Notes: generated by a model not told the origin, from the letters alone. A stretch of DNA of 63,258 bases, filler included, from Bigelowiella natans CCMP2755 (GCA_000320545.1; 9 parts of 9 records of this genome joined end to end with filler, not necessarily neighbours in it); one strand, 5' to 3'. Counted from the first letter of the whole stretch, positions 26,431-41,422 are shown. Program-made: numbers and translations.

Positions 26431-27080
26431 GGAGGATGCTGCGCCGTGACGATCGCTTTGTACATATTTAATAATGATGTGGAGGCGCCGTCGCAGCCGG
26501 TGATGTAATATGTGAGCTGTGACTGCGTAGAGTCGCTGCCCACCAGATCACAAGAAGATTGTGAAGCAAGGTTCTTCTCACGTTTCACGGCACAGGCGCA
26601 CTTGACAATGTTTGCTCATGCTCGAGCTCCATCTGGGGATTTTGTCTCAACAATGTGAGATCGTGCAAACGTACGCGTTTCGCATCGGGCGCTCAGTTAC
26701 GTTGCACATGACATCGGTCGCGATGTTATTGTTAATAACACGCATGCAATGAAATGCTTCCTTGCTTCGTCGCCGCCTGGGCCGGGGTCGCACCGCCTCG
26801 CATCGATTTGCTACATTTTGACTGATTAATGCAGTAGCGATGAACGTTACTCCGACGGAGCGACAGCAGCAGTCACATGTGTGAGACGGCGGACTGTACG
26901 TTGCAGATACGGCTGAACAACAAGAAGCACGGACCGTTACGCGCACTGCGCGGCATTGGGTCGACATAACAGCACATGGATATACTTTCAAATGCATGAG
27001 ACGCATGACAGCGCGCGGAGTTAAATAGACACAAGATGAGCTCTGTGCGTAGCTGCTGCTTTATTATTGTGTCTATTATC

Positions 27081-27303
27081 TTTGTATAGCTACATTGGGA
27101 TGACTATTGAAATGATTTAATCACTATATTACACCCGTCTCACATAAACATATGTAAATACATATATAAATATATATGAACATGTGACACAAGAAACAAA
27201 CAGACACAACTTGAGCGCTGTAGCCGCTGCTCTGCATATATATAGCTACATTAGGATAACCATTGAAAAAATTTAAAACATTTCATTACATCCATCTCAC
27301 ACG
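27081..27303 (+). repeat. Dispersed repeat, copies 2 and 3
   Basis: Two adjacent copies of the 20064-20145 element. Confidence 0.8.
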
Positions 27304-28039
27304 TGCATCGCATCGAAAGAGGTAATCCATGTCTTCCACGGCACCACATAAATTACCAAGCATGCATTATGTCCACAATCTCTTGTTATCAACGGTGTTG
27401 AAAGGCCTCCTCCCCCCCCCCCTTAAAACCCAGGAGAAAATGGGAGGTCTGCCCTATTTGAGCTCCTCACATTCTACTTCCTTCTCCGTAGCATCGCCCT
27501 ACACGTGGCATCTGTGCCTTCGCATTGGGATAACATGAAACTTCCAAAATTGTCCATCCCCCAGATGGCACGCATCCATGCAATACCACATCGCTAACCG
27601 CCATTACACATACTCACGATTGCGGAGTAAGTGCCAATCAAGCCCGTTACGATCGCATAGCAGATCATAAAACTTGACCAGAGCCTGATGGGATAAGATG
27701 GTAGCTTCAGCAAAATCTAAATCGAAAATCCCAATCACGATTGACTGAATCCTCTTATTGAAACGGTCTTCGCTGATGATATTCACGTTGCGTATTAACT
27801 AATACCGTTGAAGGCGGGAGGCGGATTCAATGACGCGTATGAACCTAAAACAAATGGTCAGATACGAAATCGTCGCTCTCTCCTTCCTGATTCTGTTTGA
27901 TACGGGGGGACAATTAAGCTGGCTTCTTTCCATTTGTACATTATATTAATTATATGCATAGTGAGGATCATCAGACAAATAGGGTTAGGAACTTAGCGTC
28001 ATTACATCAGATTGGGAAAGAGATAAACGATGAATGAGT

Positions 28040-28395
28040 TCATAAAAGCGCCTATCAAGCCAATGAAGGCGCCTGAAAAATGTACGCCGCAGTTCCAGGA
28101 TTAGAGACAGGTGTTTTCATAATACTGGAACACTAAAAAAAGAACGAATCGCTCGCTGAGGCGAGACATATCCAGAGCAGCACCCCCGAATCATACAAGC
28201 AAAGGAACCGACATCGAACGTAACATCTTCGCTGCTCACGGTTTCAAACGTCATCTATGCGAGAGCTATTACCAAAGCTTGGCAGGACAAACGCCACCAG
28301 AAACGCTAGTATCTGTGTTTCAAAAAAAATATTGAAATCGCTTGCCGAATACACGAACACGGGGTTTTTGACTCACAAGACACCTTTGCTACCCA

Positions 28396-28432
<37 letters not shown>

Positions 28433-28524
28433 CACATGCACATGCACGCAGACGCATACATACGATCAACATCATGCTTGAGTGTAGCGTTTATAGCATT
28501 AAGAAACCGTTACAGGTAGTGTGT

Positions 28525-28571
<47 letters not shown>

Positions 28572-28808
28572 GAGAAAAAGACTGATGCAATGCACATTGA
28601 ATCAAGCATAGGTACAGAGTTGGTCTTGGGCGGGTGGTTGATATATAACACAGAAATATCGTCAGGGATACTACCGGATGAATAACTCTACATGAAACCA
28701 GCAGCAATCGTGTTGATGCGGAGGGCTGTTGTTGTATTTATCTTTTATTCTCCACCCACACCACAATGCTCCCACGAATCGTCTTTCCCTCATATCACAG
28801 ACAACACG

Positions 28809-28847
<39 letters not shown>

Positions 28848-30975
28848 AGAGACAGACAGACACACACACCTACCCATACTATCGTTTTCTCGCCGTTCCT
28901 GCTGGCGATTTGAACCGAAACGTCACCGAAGTGAGAAGAATTCCGACGAGTTTGTTCCCTATTTTCGACTTCCGCATCATCTCCTAGCGCCGTTGTAGCG
29001 GTTGGCGCTTCCAAGATAGTGAAGGTTGGAAGTCACGGATTTTCATCAAAACAACAAAATCAAAAGAAAAATAGTAGCCAGTTATTAATCGTGGATGTAT
29101 CAGAAGGTCGCAGTACTATCACTTACGAGGCCTCTGTTTCTCAGGATGATCCTGATTTGCAGTGATATAATTGCGCTTCGTTGTCGTTATAACAGGCACC
29201 GATGCTCGTGAATCAGTGGCGTAAGACGCCTCGTGATGATGAAGAGTATTGGGAGGAATGTTCCGATGGCGGGGCGGTTGAAAGAAAAGTGTTTCATAGG
29301 ATGAATACGTCTGGTAGCTGACCTACGGCGTTTGATCACGTTAATATAAGAGAGACGAATAGCGGCGAGTATGCTCGATTCATCGAGATGATCTCCCCTC
29401 TCTCTTTTCTTTTTGACAAGACTAGAAAGCTGAGCGAGAAATATTGCATCATCGTCGATCGATAGTGACAACAACAAGGCATAAGTGCATCCTACACACT
29501 GCGGTGCAGCCTCCCTCGCCCTTCCTCATATGAGAAATACTACCATTATGGCGGTGACTACAAGCGTTAGGCAGTAACAAAGGACTCCGATCTAATACGA
29601 TAGCCAACCGCAAAAATTAATCATATATCGTGTCAAACTAAAAACCATATTTTTAACCACTTCTTTATCCACCCCTTCGTCATAAGAATATGAAGCTTCT
29701 TTCTATCCCTGACCCTTCGACTTCAGCAGCTGTTTACCTTGTTGATGAGCATAGAAGAGTCCATGCTGAGTGTCAATTCGGCCATTACATCATCCTGCAA
29801 AGAAATTGTGGTTTTTGGAAACGTGAGGTCACCGATTAACACGGGCGGAGCTAGTTTTTCTTTCGAGGCTGATTCTGTGTGCTTTGATAGTACCTCGTAA
29901 AGCGAGTAGCCGAATATAGCGACAATCACGTACGCCAAGGTAAATAGACCTGGTTGATCCCAAGTATTGGTGTATGGGCCGGGTGCTTGTGTGTGTGTGT
30001 GTGTGTGTGCGCGCGCGCGCGCGCGCGAGATTGTTTGCGAAGAGATCGAGACTTTTCCTATATCCCCCCCTTTCTAGCAGCACTCCCACCCATGGTTGAG
30101 AGAAGAACCACCCGCCGTCTCCTGATATCCTTGATCGTCTGAGCTACCGGGGCCCATACGACAAGGACCTAATACGAGTTAGAGAGCACGCGCGCTATGT
30201 GATGAAGCACATACCATACCACGCATCCACCCGCTACAAGCAATCGGAAAGGTCATCAGTGTGGGTGCCGCCGAGGGCGCGAACTAGATCACTTTTCGCC
30301 TTTTCAAAGCCTTATCGGCTTCCTACGCGCTAATATTTACCCCCTCACTGGAGAAGGCCGCAATTCCAAGAGCTATTGGAACCGTCTCCGTCCTGCAGAA
30401 GTTGGATCCGGAGGTGAAAATGCTCTCAAGTCGCGAGACCTGAGCAACCGACAAAACCGAAACGGGGAGAATCAGGTAGAGAGAAAAAGCGAGAGAAGGA
30501 ACTTCGCAGTAGGGTGAAAGGTGGAAGATTGGCGATCTGATTAGGAAGCATCGCGCCTACTATCGCAGATGAGTGCTCTACTGAGGCGGGCCATACAGGG
30601 AAAAGAGTGAATGAAAGCTTAATACGTCGCTCGACTGGTAGTACTCATACCTTTTGTTGTATGATGCTTTCGGTGGTAAGAAGGAAGATAAATGCTACAC
30701 CGAATGCCAGGCCAAACATGCCTATAGAGCAAACCGATATGGAATAATAGATCTTCGGGTAGCCTATCTAGAGCCAAACCATCATCTCGATTTCGTGTGT
30801 AGGAAAACCACGAGTGTATCAAGGCTAAGATCTATCGTCGTCGCTATCATTACTGTCTCATCATTGCATCAAATGTATCCGACTGAAAGATCCACCATCA
30901 CCGAGAAAAAGAGGACGTACATTTTCTACTCACGAGCTTAAACTACTATCATACTTGCTATCAATATTGATGCGC

Positions 30976-31016
<41 letters not shown>

Positions 31017-31222
31017 ATATTTCTTACTGGAAAATGCGAGATAATCTAGCCTCGTCAAGAATTGCATAGGGACGAGAAACAGGGCTGTATGCGTGTGTGT
31101 ATTTGTATGTGTGTGTGTGTATGTGTGTGTGTGTGTTTGTGTTGGTGGTGAAGGGAATGAGCTAACCCTCACCGTAGGGTAAGTCCGGATGCAAAGCGGG
31201 TTGATTTAACACGGACAAGGGA

Positions 31223-31264
<42 letters not shown>

Positions 31265-32899
31265 TTCAAATATAATAGCTATGGGTGCTTGCGTTCGTCT
31301 GAGTACATTCCTGGCATACCCATCGATAGACCAGAAATCCATTGTCTGATGCCTAGATATGCGTGCAGATTGTCCTGGACGAATTTGTTGTAGGCGACGC
31401 TACATCCAAAACACCCTACGCATATGCAGAATGCCGCAATGCTAGCCAAATCAAAATACCAAACAGAGCACGGAGGAAGGAGTCAATGGGGCTCAGAACG
31501 GTAACACGAAGGGCGATATAGCCAGGCATTTGACTCGAATTTCCCTTCCCCTTCCTCTCCTCATCTTTTGTGAGTCTATGTGAATGCCATATCCAAGCAG
31601 CTTTATGATTCTGCTTCAAGCTAGACGCACTCTCATTGATGATAGCGATAATGGCGACAAGCAAGGATGTTACAGCGTCAACAAGCCTCGTGCAATACCG
31701 TCCGCATCTTGACCCTAGAGCACCTTCTGTTATGGCGACGTACGTGTCAAAACGCTGTCGTTCGTGTGGAAAGCTATGGGCTTGACTTGGCGAGGAAGCG
31801 GGGTGCGGAGAGACCGTAGATGAGGTCAATAATGAGCCTTTCTGATTTGACAGATACTCTCGATGAAGGCCAGGCTGCTCGGTTCTAGTTGGGAGTGCTG
31901 TGTAGCTGCATTCCCCCGACCCAATATTTTTCTCTTCCTCTTTGGCGCTCACCTACGATGGGGGTTTTGATGAGAACTTAGTCTGCTTTTCTCCCAAGAG
32001 AGACTGCTCTATCACCGAAGGGTTTGAAGGAGAGGCATCTTCTTTGTCCTTGTCTCCCTGAGGAGCTGTGTACTGTGGCGATAAGAAAGGCACGGCGGCC
32101 GCACTGTAATGGTCATCTTGCTCGTTAATTAACAGCCTACTGTTACCGTTACCGGCCCCGGTGCTTAGTCCTCCTGATAGGCGAGACACGGTGTGTTAGT
32201 TACATCTTTCTTTTTTAAAGGTAAACAGGAATGCAAGTGCGCGATTCAATAGGGGCCTTTCTCAGGTTCGCGGCTATGTCCAACCTCATGACTATCATTG
32301 TAAAACACTAACAGCGGTATGGAATGGACCAGAGCATACAGGCCCATCCGAGTTTCGTGCGCAAGCAAACACGACAATAGCCATGCAGAGTGCATCCAAC
32401 CGTGTTTAGCATCTCCAGAAGCTTCGCAAGTTCCACCACTTTCCCGGTCTGTTCTCCATTTGTCAATCAGCGCTTGTTGTACTTGCTCCAGGCGGTGCAC
32501 AGAGTCCGTCACCATGGCCATACTAAATGGAAGAGATTAGGTAAATTTTGGCGAGACGGTGCGGGCCAGAGCGTGCATGTAAGAAGGCTCTGAGCTACAC
32601 GGCTGCGCGCACTCCCAAGGATGTTATGTATTTTGTGGTTTGGGGCTCCTCGATATCACTTTCCTGACGATTTCGAAATATCCCACCTTAGAACAAAGAT
32701 GCCGAGGCCTGCCACAACGCCAGCAGACTTGAGCATGAAGGGCATCGCCATCATACCTTTGAATATCATCTGATGAGAACGCGAATGAACGACTGACGTC
32801 CCGACATGACGACTGCCATCGATTTCTTGCTCTCGGCGACGAATTACCTATACCCCAATTCGACTTTAGCACGAAAAAAATCGCCGCAAACGTTCCCAT
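28040..32899 (-). CDS. Amino-acid transporter (Aa_trans / SLC36-38-like), many exons; 3' end uncertain
   Basis: AAIFFVLKSNWGIG|MMAMPFMLKSAGVVAGLGIFVL (TM1-2 signature), TYVAITEGALGSRCGR, LFLVPMQFLTRLDYLAFS, YVIVAIFGYSLY, LVAFVLPSFG. Confidence 0.7.
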
Positions 32900-34559
32900 T
32901 TGCTTCGCATCCGCTTCCGGCCCTTGCCTCCCTGCCCCTCTTGGACGGGGGCCTAAATGCATCTGCAACGACCGACGCTGTCGGGCTGCCTTTGAGACGA
33001 GTAACAACCTCTCTCTCTTTAGCGAATGGAATTCTCTGGAGACTAGGCTAGCCGCAACGTGTCAGCCCACAGTTCAATAGGTCCGCATACAGAGCTGCAT
33101 TCTAGAAAAGGTCGTCCTTGGGGGGGGGGCGTCCCTCATTAGCCGTCATCTGGATCCGCTAGATACTGACTCTTTTCACGAGGCTGTGCTCCAAAAAAAG
33201 GCTTCTGGAGGCCGAATTTAACCCAAAAATCGGTTTCCCAGACCGTTTTTTTACCAAAAGGGATTCTAAAACTTATGTGCGACACAGAGATGTTGCTATT
33301 TATCAAAATGTTGTAACTGTTGTTGGCCCTCCTTTCATTCTTCCGACGACGAGCTTTTCGTGATCCGTGCCCCCCCCTGGCGAAGCTAGCTAGCAAAAGC
33401 AGGGGGCTGTAGTAACAACAGTGCTATCATCGACGACGACCTTTTTCCAAAGCTCAAAGCGTTCTTGCCTCTCAGCTCTGGAAAGACTCACGCATGTGCC
33501 CTAGCTACGATCCTCCATGCCCGTCCGTGCGCAGGTAGCCAGCGCCCGTGCGGAGAACTCCTTGCAATGCATAGTCGTAAGAAACGGAATTCTGATCGAC
33601 TATCACATAATGCCACGGTTCTCACACACAGTCTATAGAAAACAATGGAGTCGTAAGAAGCCCTATCGCTATAGTGGTGCTGTCGACTCGGCTGCAAGCG
33701 AAAGCTGTGAGAGCCCACAGGTGATTCAGAGTGAGAACCACCCACCCTCTGCAATGCTGTTTATGGGTACATTCAATGCATATTTCCTCGCATCGGCTCT
33801 ACGGCTGCTGATCTCCATTCCAGTTCTAGACCTCATGCTAATCTATAAATCATTGCTAGCTAACGCTACGATTGGTCACATGTTTTAAAAGCAAAAAAAA
33901 AAGAAACACGAGAATGGAGGCCCGGAAAGGTGCGAATTGTAATGGTGTGAGTTGATGCACATTTTCACCCATTACTTACAGTCACAGGTCTGTGTCAATA
34001 GCTTGGCAAGGAATGTTGTGGTTGTGATGGCTGTCGCATGGCGGCTGGGAACGATACACGTATGACCCGATCGAAGAAGAGAGAAATGCTGGAACGTTGT
34101 TTTATATAAGGGCGGCGTGCATGCACGCACATGTGTTTTTGCGCCGGCGGTCACGACGTTCGATATACAGACGCACGTCGCCGGCTGCTGCTAAGTAAAA
34201 CTGCTGTGTCTAGCTGCACGCGACTACTAGCTGTGCTGCAATATATCTAGCTGCGGCATAAACATGAATTGGAGGTAATGAGGAAGAACGTGTTCTTTAT
34301 CCAAAATATATTTATGTGTTGCATTTGTCGCAAATACGTGCCTCTATGTGTACAATATTGTGCTGACAGTATATGTGTACGTGCATGCCATGCGTGCGTG
34401 CTAGAAGCCTTCAAGCCCCGGCTACTTCTTCGCGACGGGTAGAGATAAATTATAATACAAAAAACATACATCTACCCCCAGGATCACCATCCTGTTTCTG
34501 AAGAAAAAGGTAATCGTCCATCATTGTTCACACTCACTGTGATACGTAAATAAAGAGCG

Positions 34560-35217
34560 GCGCTGCGGCGGCGGCAGAGTTATCGCAATGATGAAGAGAG
34601 ATCCTCGACGGGAGGCATGAAATCGGCCTTCTCGTGGATAGACGACAAGGCTCTCCTCACCTTACTCACTCACAGCACGATATCGAGAATATCAGCGGCC
34701 ATTCCATCCGTCAAGTCCCCCACATCGCCTAGAGAATGAACGAATGGAACTTCTTATTAAGGACGACTCATGAATCTCGTTAGAAAGTGATGGCCGAGAG
34801 TGACGTCTCTCCGTCGCAGCATGTAGTACCTGATTCATAAACGACTACATCCACGTCATCGTCGTCGTCGTTGTCCTCTATGTAGTCATCATCATCATCC
34901 TCCTCCTCGTCGTCGTCAGAGTAATCAGAGTAATCTGTGGTGGTGATGATACGATGTACACAGACACTCATCAGCCGCTTTTTCTTAGGTTTCTCCTAGC
35001 ACATCATAAATAGCATTTCACATTACCACTATCGTCTTCTTCGTCGTCATCGTCGTCAACGTCGTAGTCGTCATCATCTTCATCCTCATCATCATCATCA
35101 TCATCATAATCTGAATCGTAGTAGTCGTCCGAGTCGGTCTCCATCACGTACCCCTCCTCCTCCTCAACTATCATTTGGGTGCTCGTATCGTCATCATCCA
35201 CCGTGTCGTCTTCGGCC

Positions 35218-35254
<37 letters not shown>

Positions 35255-36413
35255 CCATGGTAGGAGCGGGGAGATACCGTGATGCCATCCGAGACATCCC
35301 AGTCGGCACGCGACGGCTCTATAGAATCAAGTAGTAGAAGTAGTGGTAGTAGTAGTAGTAGTAGTAGTTGAGGAGAGAGGGGGTTGTTCAGTGGAGACAT
35401 CGTATTATCATACCACATCATGGGAGGGAAAGTTAAAAAGCCCGTGATCGTTTTTCGAAAGAAAGCTGCTACTTTCATCCATTTCTGCATGATTCAACGT
35501 TTAACCTCGATCAATTACATCCCCCCCTCCCTTTCTCCCCTGTCTTTCCTTCCTTCTGTCAATCGGCGTGAAGGCACGAAGTAATTATTACTATTTTTTT
35601 TTAATATGTATGGTGAATGCAAAGCATTTCGAAGCCAAAACTCACCAGACTGTTCATGGAAAGTTTCGAGGGGGACTCGAGTGTCATCACATCCCTGTCC
35701 TCGTCCATATTTCTCTGCAAATAAGAGAATACAACTCAGGTTTGGACGTTTGAACGTGGCAAACTCAACGATCACGTACGTATCACCATCTCAAGCTTAG
35801 AACCTACCAGAGATCTTTTCATCATATCGAGAGAAGACCGCTTGGTTGGCCCTCTGGTCTCGACGTATGTCTCAGCGTAGCCATTCTAAAGAAAATAACA
35901 ATAAAAATGAAGTTTTCGTCATCGCCCCCCCCCTCCTTCAAATTAGTAAATCGTAAGATACTTGTGAGTAAAAACAGGTGAAAGGGGATAAGGAATCGTG
36001 GATAAGGGTCCGAATATTCTCGAGACTCATCGAAAGCAAACAACTTGTCATTCATCAACATAGATGCGGTGTTCGACCTTCATTGGAGTGTACTTATGAT
36101 ACGACAGCCTTTTGGGGTCTTCAGGATCAGCCATCATGTCTTCTTGGGGTGCGTATCTGCTCATGCTATTGCCCTTTTGTAAGTAACTCGGTGTTGTCCG
36201 ACCTATCACAGGTGGGGAACATTAGGGAAAGGAGGTCCATTCGATGTGTACACATTCACCTTGCAGACTGGAGAAGATCACAATGGAAACTAAGGCAATG
36301 GCTAGGCCAAGAAACACAGAGAAGGGTCTCCTATATAATGCCATGTTTGTGCGGCCTGGCCGCCGCATAGTGGCTGCAACGGCGAAGGTCGAATACGTAG
36401 CACCGCCCGCCAT
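34560..36413 (-). CDS. Hypothetical spliced membrane-anchored protein with long Asp/Glu-rich C-terminal region
   Basis: N-terminal hydrophobic segment FSVFLGLAIALVSIVIFSSLQ; acidic exons 34780-35309; boundaries approximate. Confidence 0.4.
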
Positions 36414-36964
36414 TTGTTCCAGAAATGGTTGTTCCTCAGGGTGTCCCTGTTGTTGGCTAGAGTGAGTTATCAGCTTATTATCTGCACATCCTTCACACTA
36501 AACGCCTTACCAAAAAATCAAAACAAGATATAATTAGGCTAAAATGTACAATAATGAACTACGTTTTATGATAATTGCAAAAGATGAGTCGCAACTTGAG
36601 TCGAGCGGTGCTTCCTCGCTCAGAGCGCCGGGCAAGAATGCCACGCATGTTTCCGGCTGTAAGGGCGGCTCTTGATGGCACCGCGGACCTTTCCTCCTGC
36701 TCTCTTCGCGCAGAGCGCTGTGACCACGGACGACCGGAAAACTACCGACCAAAACTCACCCGGAAAGCCATCGGCGAGATAAAAACTTCCCCGACATTTT
36801 AAATTCAGCGCTTTCCCGTTTCTTCACGAGGATGATGACGTAAAACAAAAACGGCATGTATTTTTTCAAAGTAGGCGCTTCCGATCGAAATATCTCGAAT
36901 TGGCTCGCTCCCACCCCTCCCGAAGCCTCCCCCGATCGCGCGTGTTCGAAACTGCGTTTTGACA

Positions 36965-39500
36965 ATGGCATTGCTGACGTTTCTCGCCGGCCTCGTGGTC
37001 GCCATCGGGATAGCTTTCAGCGGAGTTCACCAGATTAAGGCAAATGAGACCGCCACAGACACCCTGACGTTCGTCTCGCACGCGGGGAGAGTTCTCCCAC
37101 GCGTGGAGAGCCTTTTCTTTCCTCACAGCTAGCATCTCGTAAACATCATCAGGAAGGAAATGTCGGGGTGTATTGGCGCGGAGGGGCTCTACTAACATCT
37201 ACAACTGACTCGGGATACCACTGGTTAGTAGCGTAATTAGGGCTTGTGGATGAAAATGGCCTGATCTGACTGTTATAATCTCTCATCTTATATCATGGCC
37301 ATTGTGGCGTTCGCTGGGTCCGCGGCTGGCGATCAGGAAGTCTCCTTTCACAGTCTATAGGTCAGTTGGGTGGGAGGTGCCTGTGTTGTTGTATCTTTGG
37401 AATCGAGATGACGACGACAATGGCGACCACACACGCATATGGCGTCGAAGACTTCGCACTTCGCACATGTGCAAAACTTGTTCGATCTATTTTTCGGGTT
37501 TCCCCTAAGAGAGAGAAATGATGTGTTGACTTTGATCGTCACAGTTATACGATTCTTTGCTGCTGCTGTTGTTGTTGTTATTGTTGTTGTTGCGGCACAT
37601 GCTCAGAGAGGTCTACGTCAAGATGCAGGTTAGTCGGCCGTTCATGCTATGCTGTCCTGTCTGCCCGCGTCCATGCATGATTGATAGCTCGCTACATGAG
37701 TGCTCCCCTCGCCCAAGATGTGGATGGTGAGCAGCGAAACCGTTCAGCAGGGAAAATTGCCAGTGCTATCTGCTTTTTACCGTGTGGTTCAGAAGAGCCA
37801 GCAGCGTGCACTTCTGTTAACTTTGAGATTGCTGGCGAATGATACGAAAGTGATGGCGTTAGCGCTCCTGAAAATCTCTGCGTTTTATCGGGTTGTTAGA
37901 CGGATAAAGTGGCGAATATCCCATGCGGAACATCAGGCGGCGTCATGCTCTTCTTCGACAAGATAGAGGTGTGAGAGGCGTGTGAGCGTTCGCAGTAGCT
38001 GCTGCAGCAGCAGCAGCAGCGTGGAATGTAGACTTCATCATCTCTCACCACCACCATAACACCGTCGTCACCCCAACATCATATAATTCGATGCTCAAGC
38101 CATTTGTGTACTGCTACTACTAGGTGGTGAACAGGCTTCGGAGGGCCTTCGTGTACGGCACTGTCAAAAACTACACGACCGACTACGACAAGGTTGTGCG
38201 CACAAAGCAGTGCGAGGGAGGAGGAGGGAGGAGGAGTAGCAAGGGGGGGGAAAGGCGACACCATCAAAATCAATGAGATAAAAAGCAAATCGATTCGACG
38301 TCTCCTCAACCCCCCCCCCCCCCCCCGCCCTCCCCCTCCTCCTTCTCCCCTCTTTTCCTCTTTTCTCAGACGTGGATATATGATAAGATCCACCACGAGA
38401 TCAATCAGTTCTGCTCTACGCATTCATTGCAGGAGGTAGGTCACTCATTCGCAATCCGCTCCCCGCTCCCCCCCCGCGCGCAACAAACCCCCTCCCCTTT
38501 TCACCTTCATTACAACGACGACGAAGCCCTGAGGTAGGGACTAAAAAAAAAGATGATTTGCGAAGAAAAAGAGAAGGAGGGCTGCATGGAAGAACAAAAT
38601 AATAATAAATAAATTAATTAATAAGTAAAAAAAAAGACCGTGCAAGCACACACACACCGGGAAAAACTCTATCTGCTCACAGTGACGGGGGAAGGGGGGG
38701 GAGCGACAAACAGACAAAACACAACACAACGACGCGCAGGTGTACATTGACAAATTCGACCAGCTCGACGAGGCGCTAGTGCAGGCCCTGCAGACCGGGT
38801 GCGACATGCACGCGCCCGGCATTGAGATCATCGCTGTGCGGGTGACAAAGCCGCGTATTCCTGAGACCATTCGCAAAAACTACGAGGATATGGAGAAGGA
38901 GAAAACGAAGCTCCTGATTGCCTCCCAGGTGAGCGGTTATATAGTAGAAGCATTAATAGATCGCTGTCGTATATATATGGGGGGGTAGCTTAAGTAGGAG
39001 CTGGGGTTTGGATCAAGTCACTCGCAAGTTTTTCGTTCGTTGTAGTCGTCACAGTGCTGCATCGGAAAATGTCCGCCTCCTCCCTCCCCCCTCTTATCGC
39101 CATTCTGTTCCTTCATCTACCAGAGGCAACTTGTCGCACTGAAGGAGCAAGAAACGTTGGCCAAAAAGGGGGTATGTCTAGTCGGTATTAAGGATGGAAA
39201 ATGAATGACGATGATGATCATGATAACGACGTTGTCCTCTCTCTCTCTAAGCCTTTTGAGGATTTTGAGAATCAAACTCCCATCCCCGAAACCCTTCAAA
39301 AAACCCCAGTGCCCCCCCCCCAAAAAGGGGGGGGGGGGGGGGGGGGGAGCACAAGAAAACCTACTAGGCTTGTCCGTTCCTTACCACCCGAACTTGGGCT
39401 TTGATGAGAGAGAGAGGGGGGGGAGAGAGAGTTACAGCACGCACAGAGCAAATATCCTTTGCTGTTCTACCCACCAAGGTGATCGAAGCGCAAAAGCGCA
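36965..39500 (+). CDS. ERLIN: Erlin (SPFH/band-7 ER membrane protein), 3' truncated by gap
   Basis: [25 protein letters not shown]|[18 protein letters not shown]|KSPFTVYR|EVYVKMQ|[23 protein letters not shown]|[13 protein letters not shown]|[16 protein letters not shown]..|[23 protein letters not shown].. Confidence 0.93.
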
Positions 39501-39600
39501 NNNNNNNNNNNNNNNNNNNNNNNNNNNNNNNNNNNNNNNNNNNNTTAATTAATTAANNNNNNNNNNNNNNNNNNNNNNNNNNNNNNNNNNNNNNNNNNNN
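39501..39600. other. Assembly spacer; contig junction
   Basis: Same N/linker structure. Confidence 0.98.
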
Positions 39601-39789
39601 AAATACAATACATACAATAGGCATTATAACAGTTGCTTCTTCGTGTGCGCACATCACGTTGATGCCCCCTCCCTGAGGAGTGTATGTGGTGGAAATAGGC
39701 GGGGTATATTTTGACTCCCCCCCCCCCCCCCCGCCCTTAACCCTCCTCCCTGCTTTGCCGAGAAAGCTTGGATCTTCAAAGGAGAAGTA

Positions 39790-40102
39790 GCGTTCAACTG
39801 AAAGGGGTTATGATTTTGGTATAAATCTCTACGAGGCTCTTGCTCCTCTCCGCTGACGTTGTAAGGTACATCTGATGTTGCCCCCCCCCCCCCCCTCGTA
39901 ACGACAGCAAGCGCATCCTCAGCTCCTCGCCCTTTGAATGGTCGATCATGAGCGTTGGGAGACCACAGTGGTGGGAGGGGGAGGGGCTGTTGTTTTTCTG
40001 GTTGCCCGCATTGTGAGAAGAATCATCGTGTTTCTCGCTGCTGCTATCATCGTATATGGACGAAATCGGCGGCGAGCCTTCCGTGGAATACTGATGGTGT
40101 AC

Positions 40103-40148
<46 letters not shown>

Positions 40149-40774
40149 GTGCGTGCGTGCGTGTGTGTGCGCGCGCGCGCGCGCGCAATCACATATACTT
40201 ATCATGTTCATAATATATGTAGCAGCAGCATTGAACATTTCACGCAGAATCATACCATCAGCACTCCAGCAGCGTCTCGTTTGGCAGCGTTTCTAATCTT
40301 CTCGCCAAAATCACACCCGCCGCGCTCGATGAGGGCGATTTTCCCTTTAAAAAAAAATTGATTTCCAACCGAATAGTCAATGGTTTTCAAAGGCTCATCT
40401 ACCGATGCACAATAACTATGTGCGCAGATGAATAAGATATACGAGCAAATGCGTGTATTTCCTCGGGGTTCTACCGAAGAGTTTCACCACCACCGCAAGC
40501 AATCACTTCTTTGATGCTTTCTCGATTTTTTTTCAAAAGTAAAAAGCGCAGTTCAGTCAAGAGCTCGGAGAATCTCTTTCTTCTCGCTTCTAACCCTCTT
40601 GTCAAGAGTGTGGACAATATGTGGGATAGAGGTGGTGATGCTGCCACCTGAGAGGCTCGATGCAGGCCCCTGCCCCACCCCCCTGCTCGTAGAGACGTGC
40701 TTTCTAACCGAGTTCCTGCTCACCATCTCCTCCTCGGCGTTCTTCATGTTACAACTCCTCCCTTTTCGTTGTGA

Positions 40775-40807
<33 letters not shown>

Positions 40808-40992
40808 GTGGTGGTAGCACGATAATGTAGCTAATGGCTATTAATTGTCGCGCTGGTGTGTACAGTAATTTACACACATCATTAGCTTGTCCCAACTACG
40901 AGATCTCCCAAGCAGGAGGTGTAGTTGAAACATTAGCATGAGGAGGAAAAAGTCGCAGCAACGACGCAAAGCATCCTTTTCTTCATACACAG

Positions 40993-41055
<63 letters not shown>

Positions 41056-41191
41056 CATATATCATCATCATCAGTACAGAATGATGTGTAATGTAACGAA
41101 TGAGAACGAAAATCATACCGGCATAAACCAGGGGTAGGCTTCCATCGAAGACGGATAGCACAGGCCTTTGCGGTAATCAAATGCACAACAC

Positions 41192-41228
<37 letters not shown>

Positions 41229-41373
41229 ACATAAATTATATTCATATCAATATTAAATATAAATAAATAAATATATATATATATATATATATACATAGAA
41301 ACTGCATCGTCTCGACGGAGTCACCAAAATAACCATCAAACATCAGTATCGAGCATTAATCTGCATCCAAATC

Positions 41374-41422
<49 letters not shown>

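Noticed and set aside
36866-37198. 110-aa minus-strand ORF
   Set aside because: Antisense shadow of erlin exons 1-2 on the plus strand
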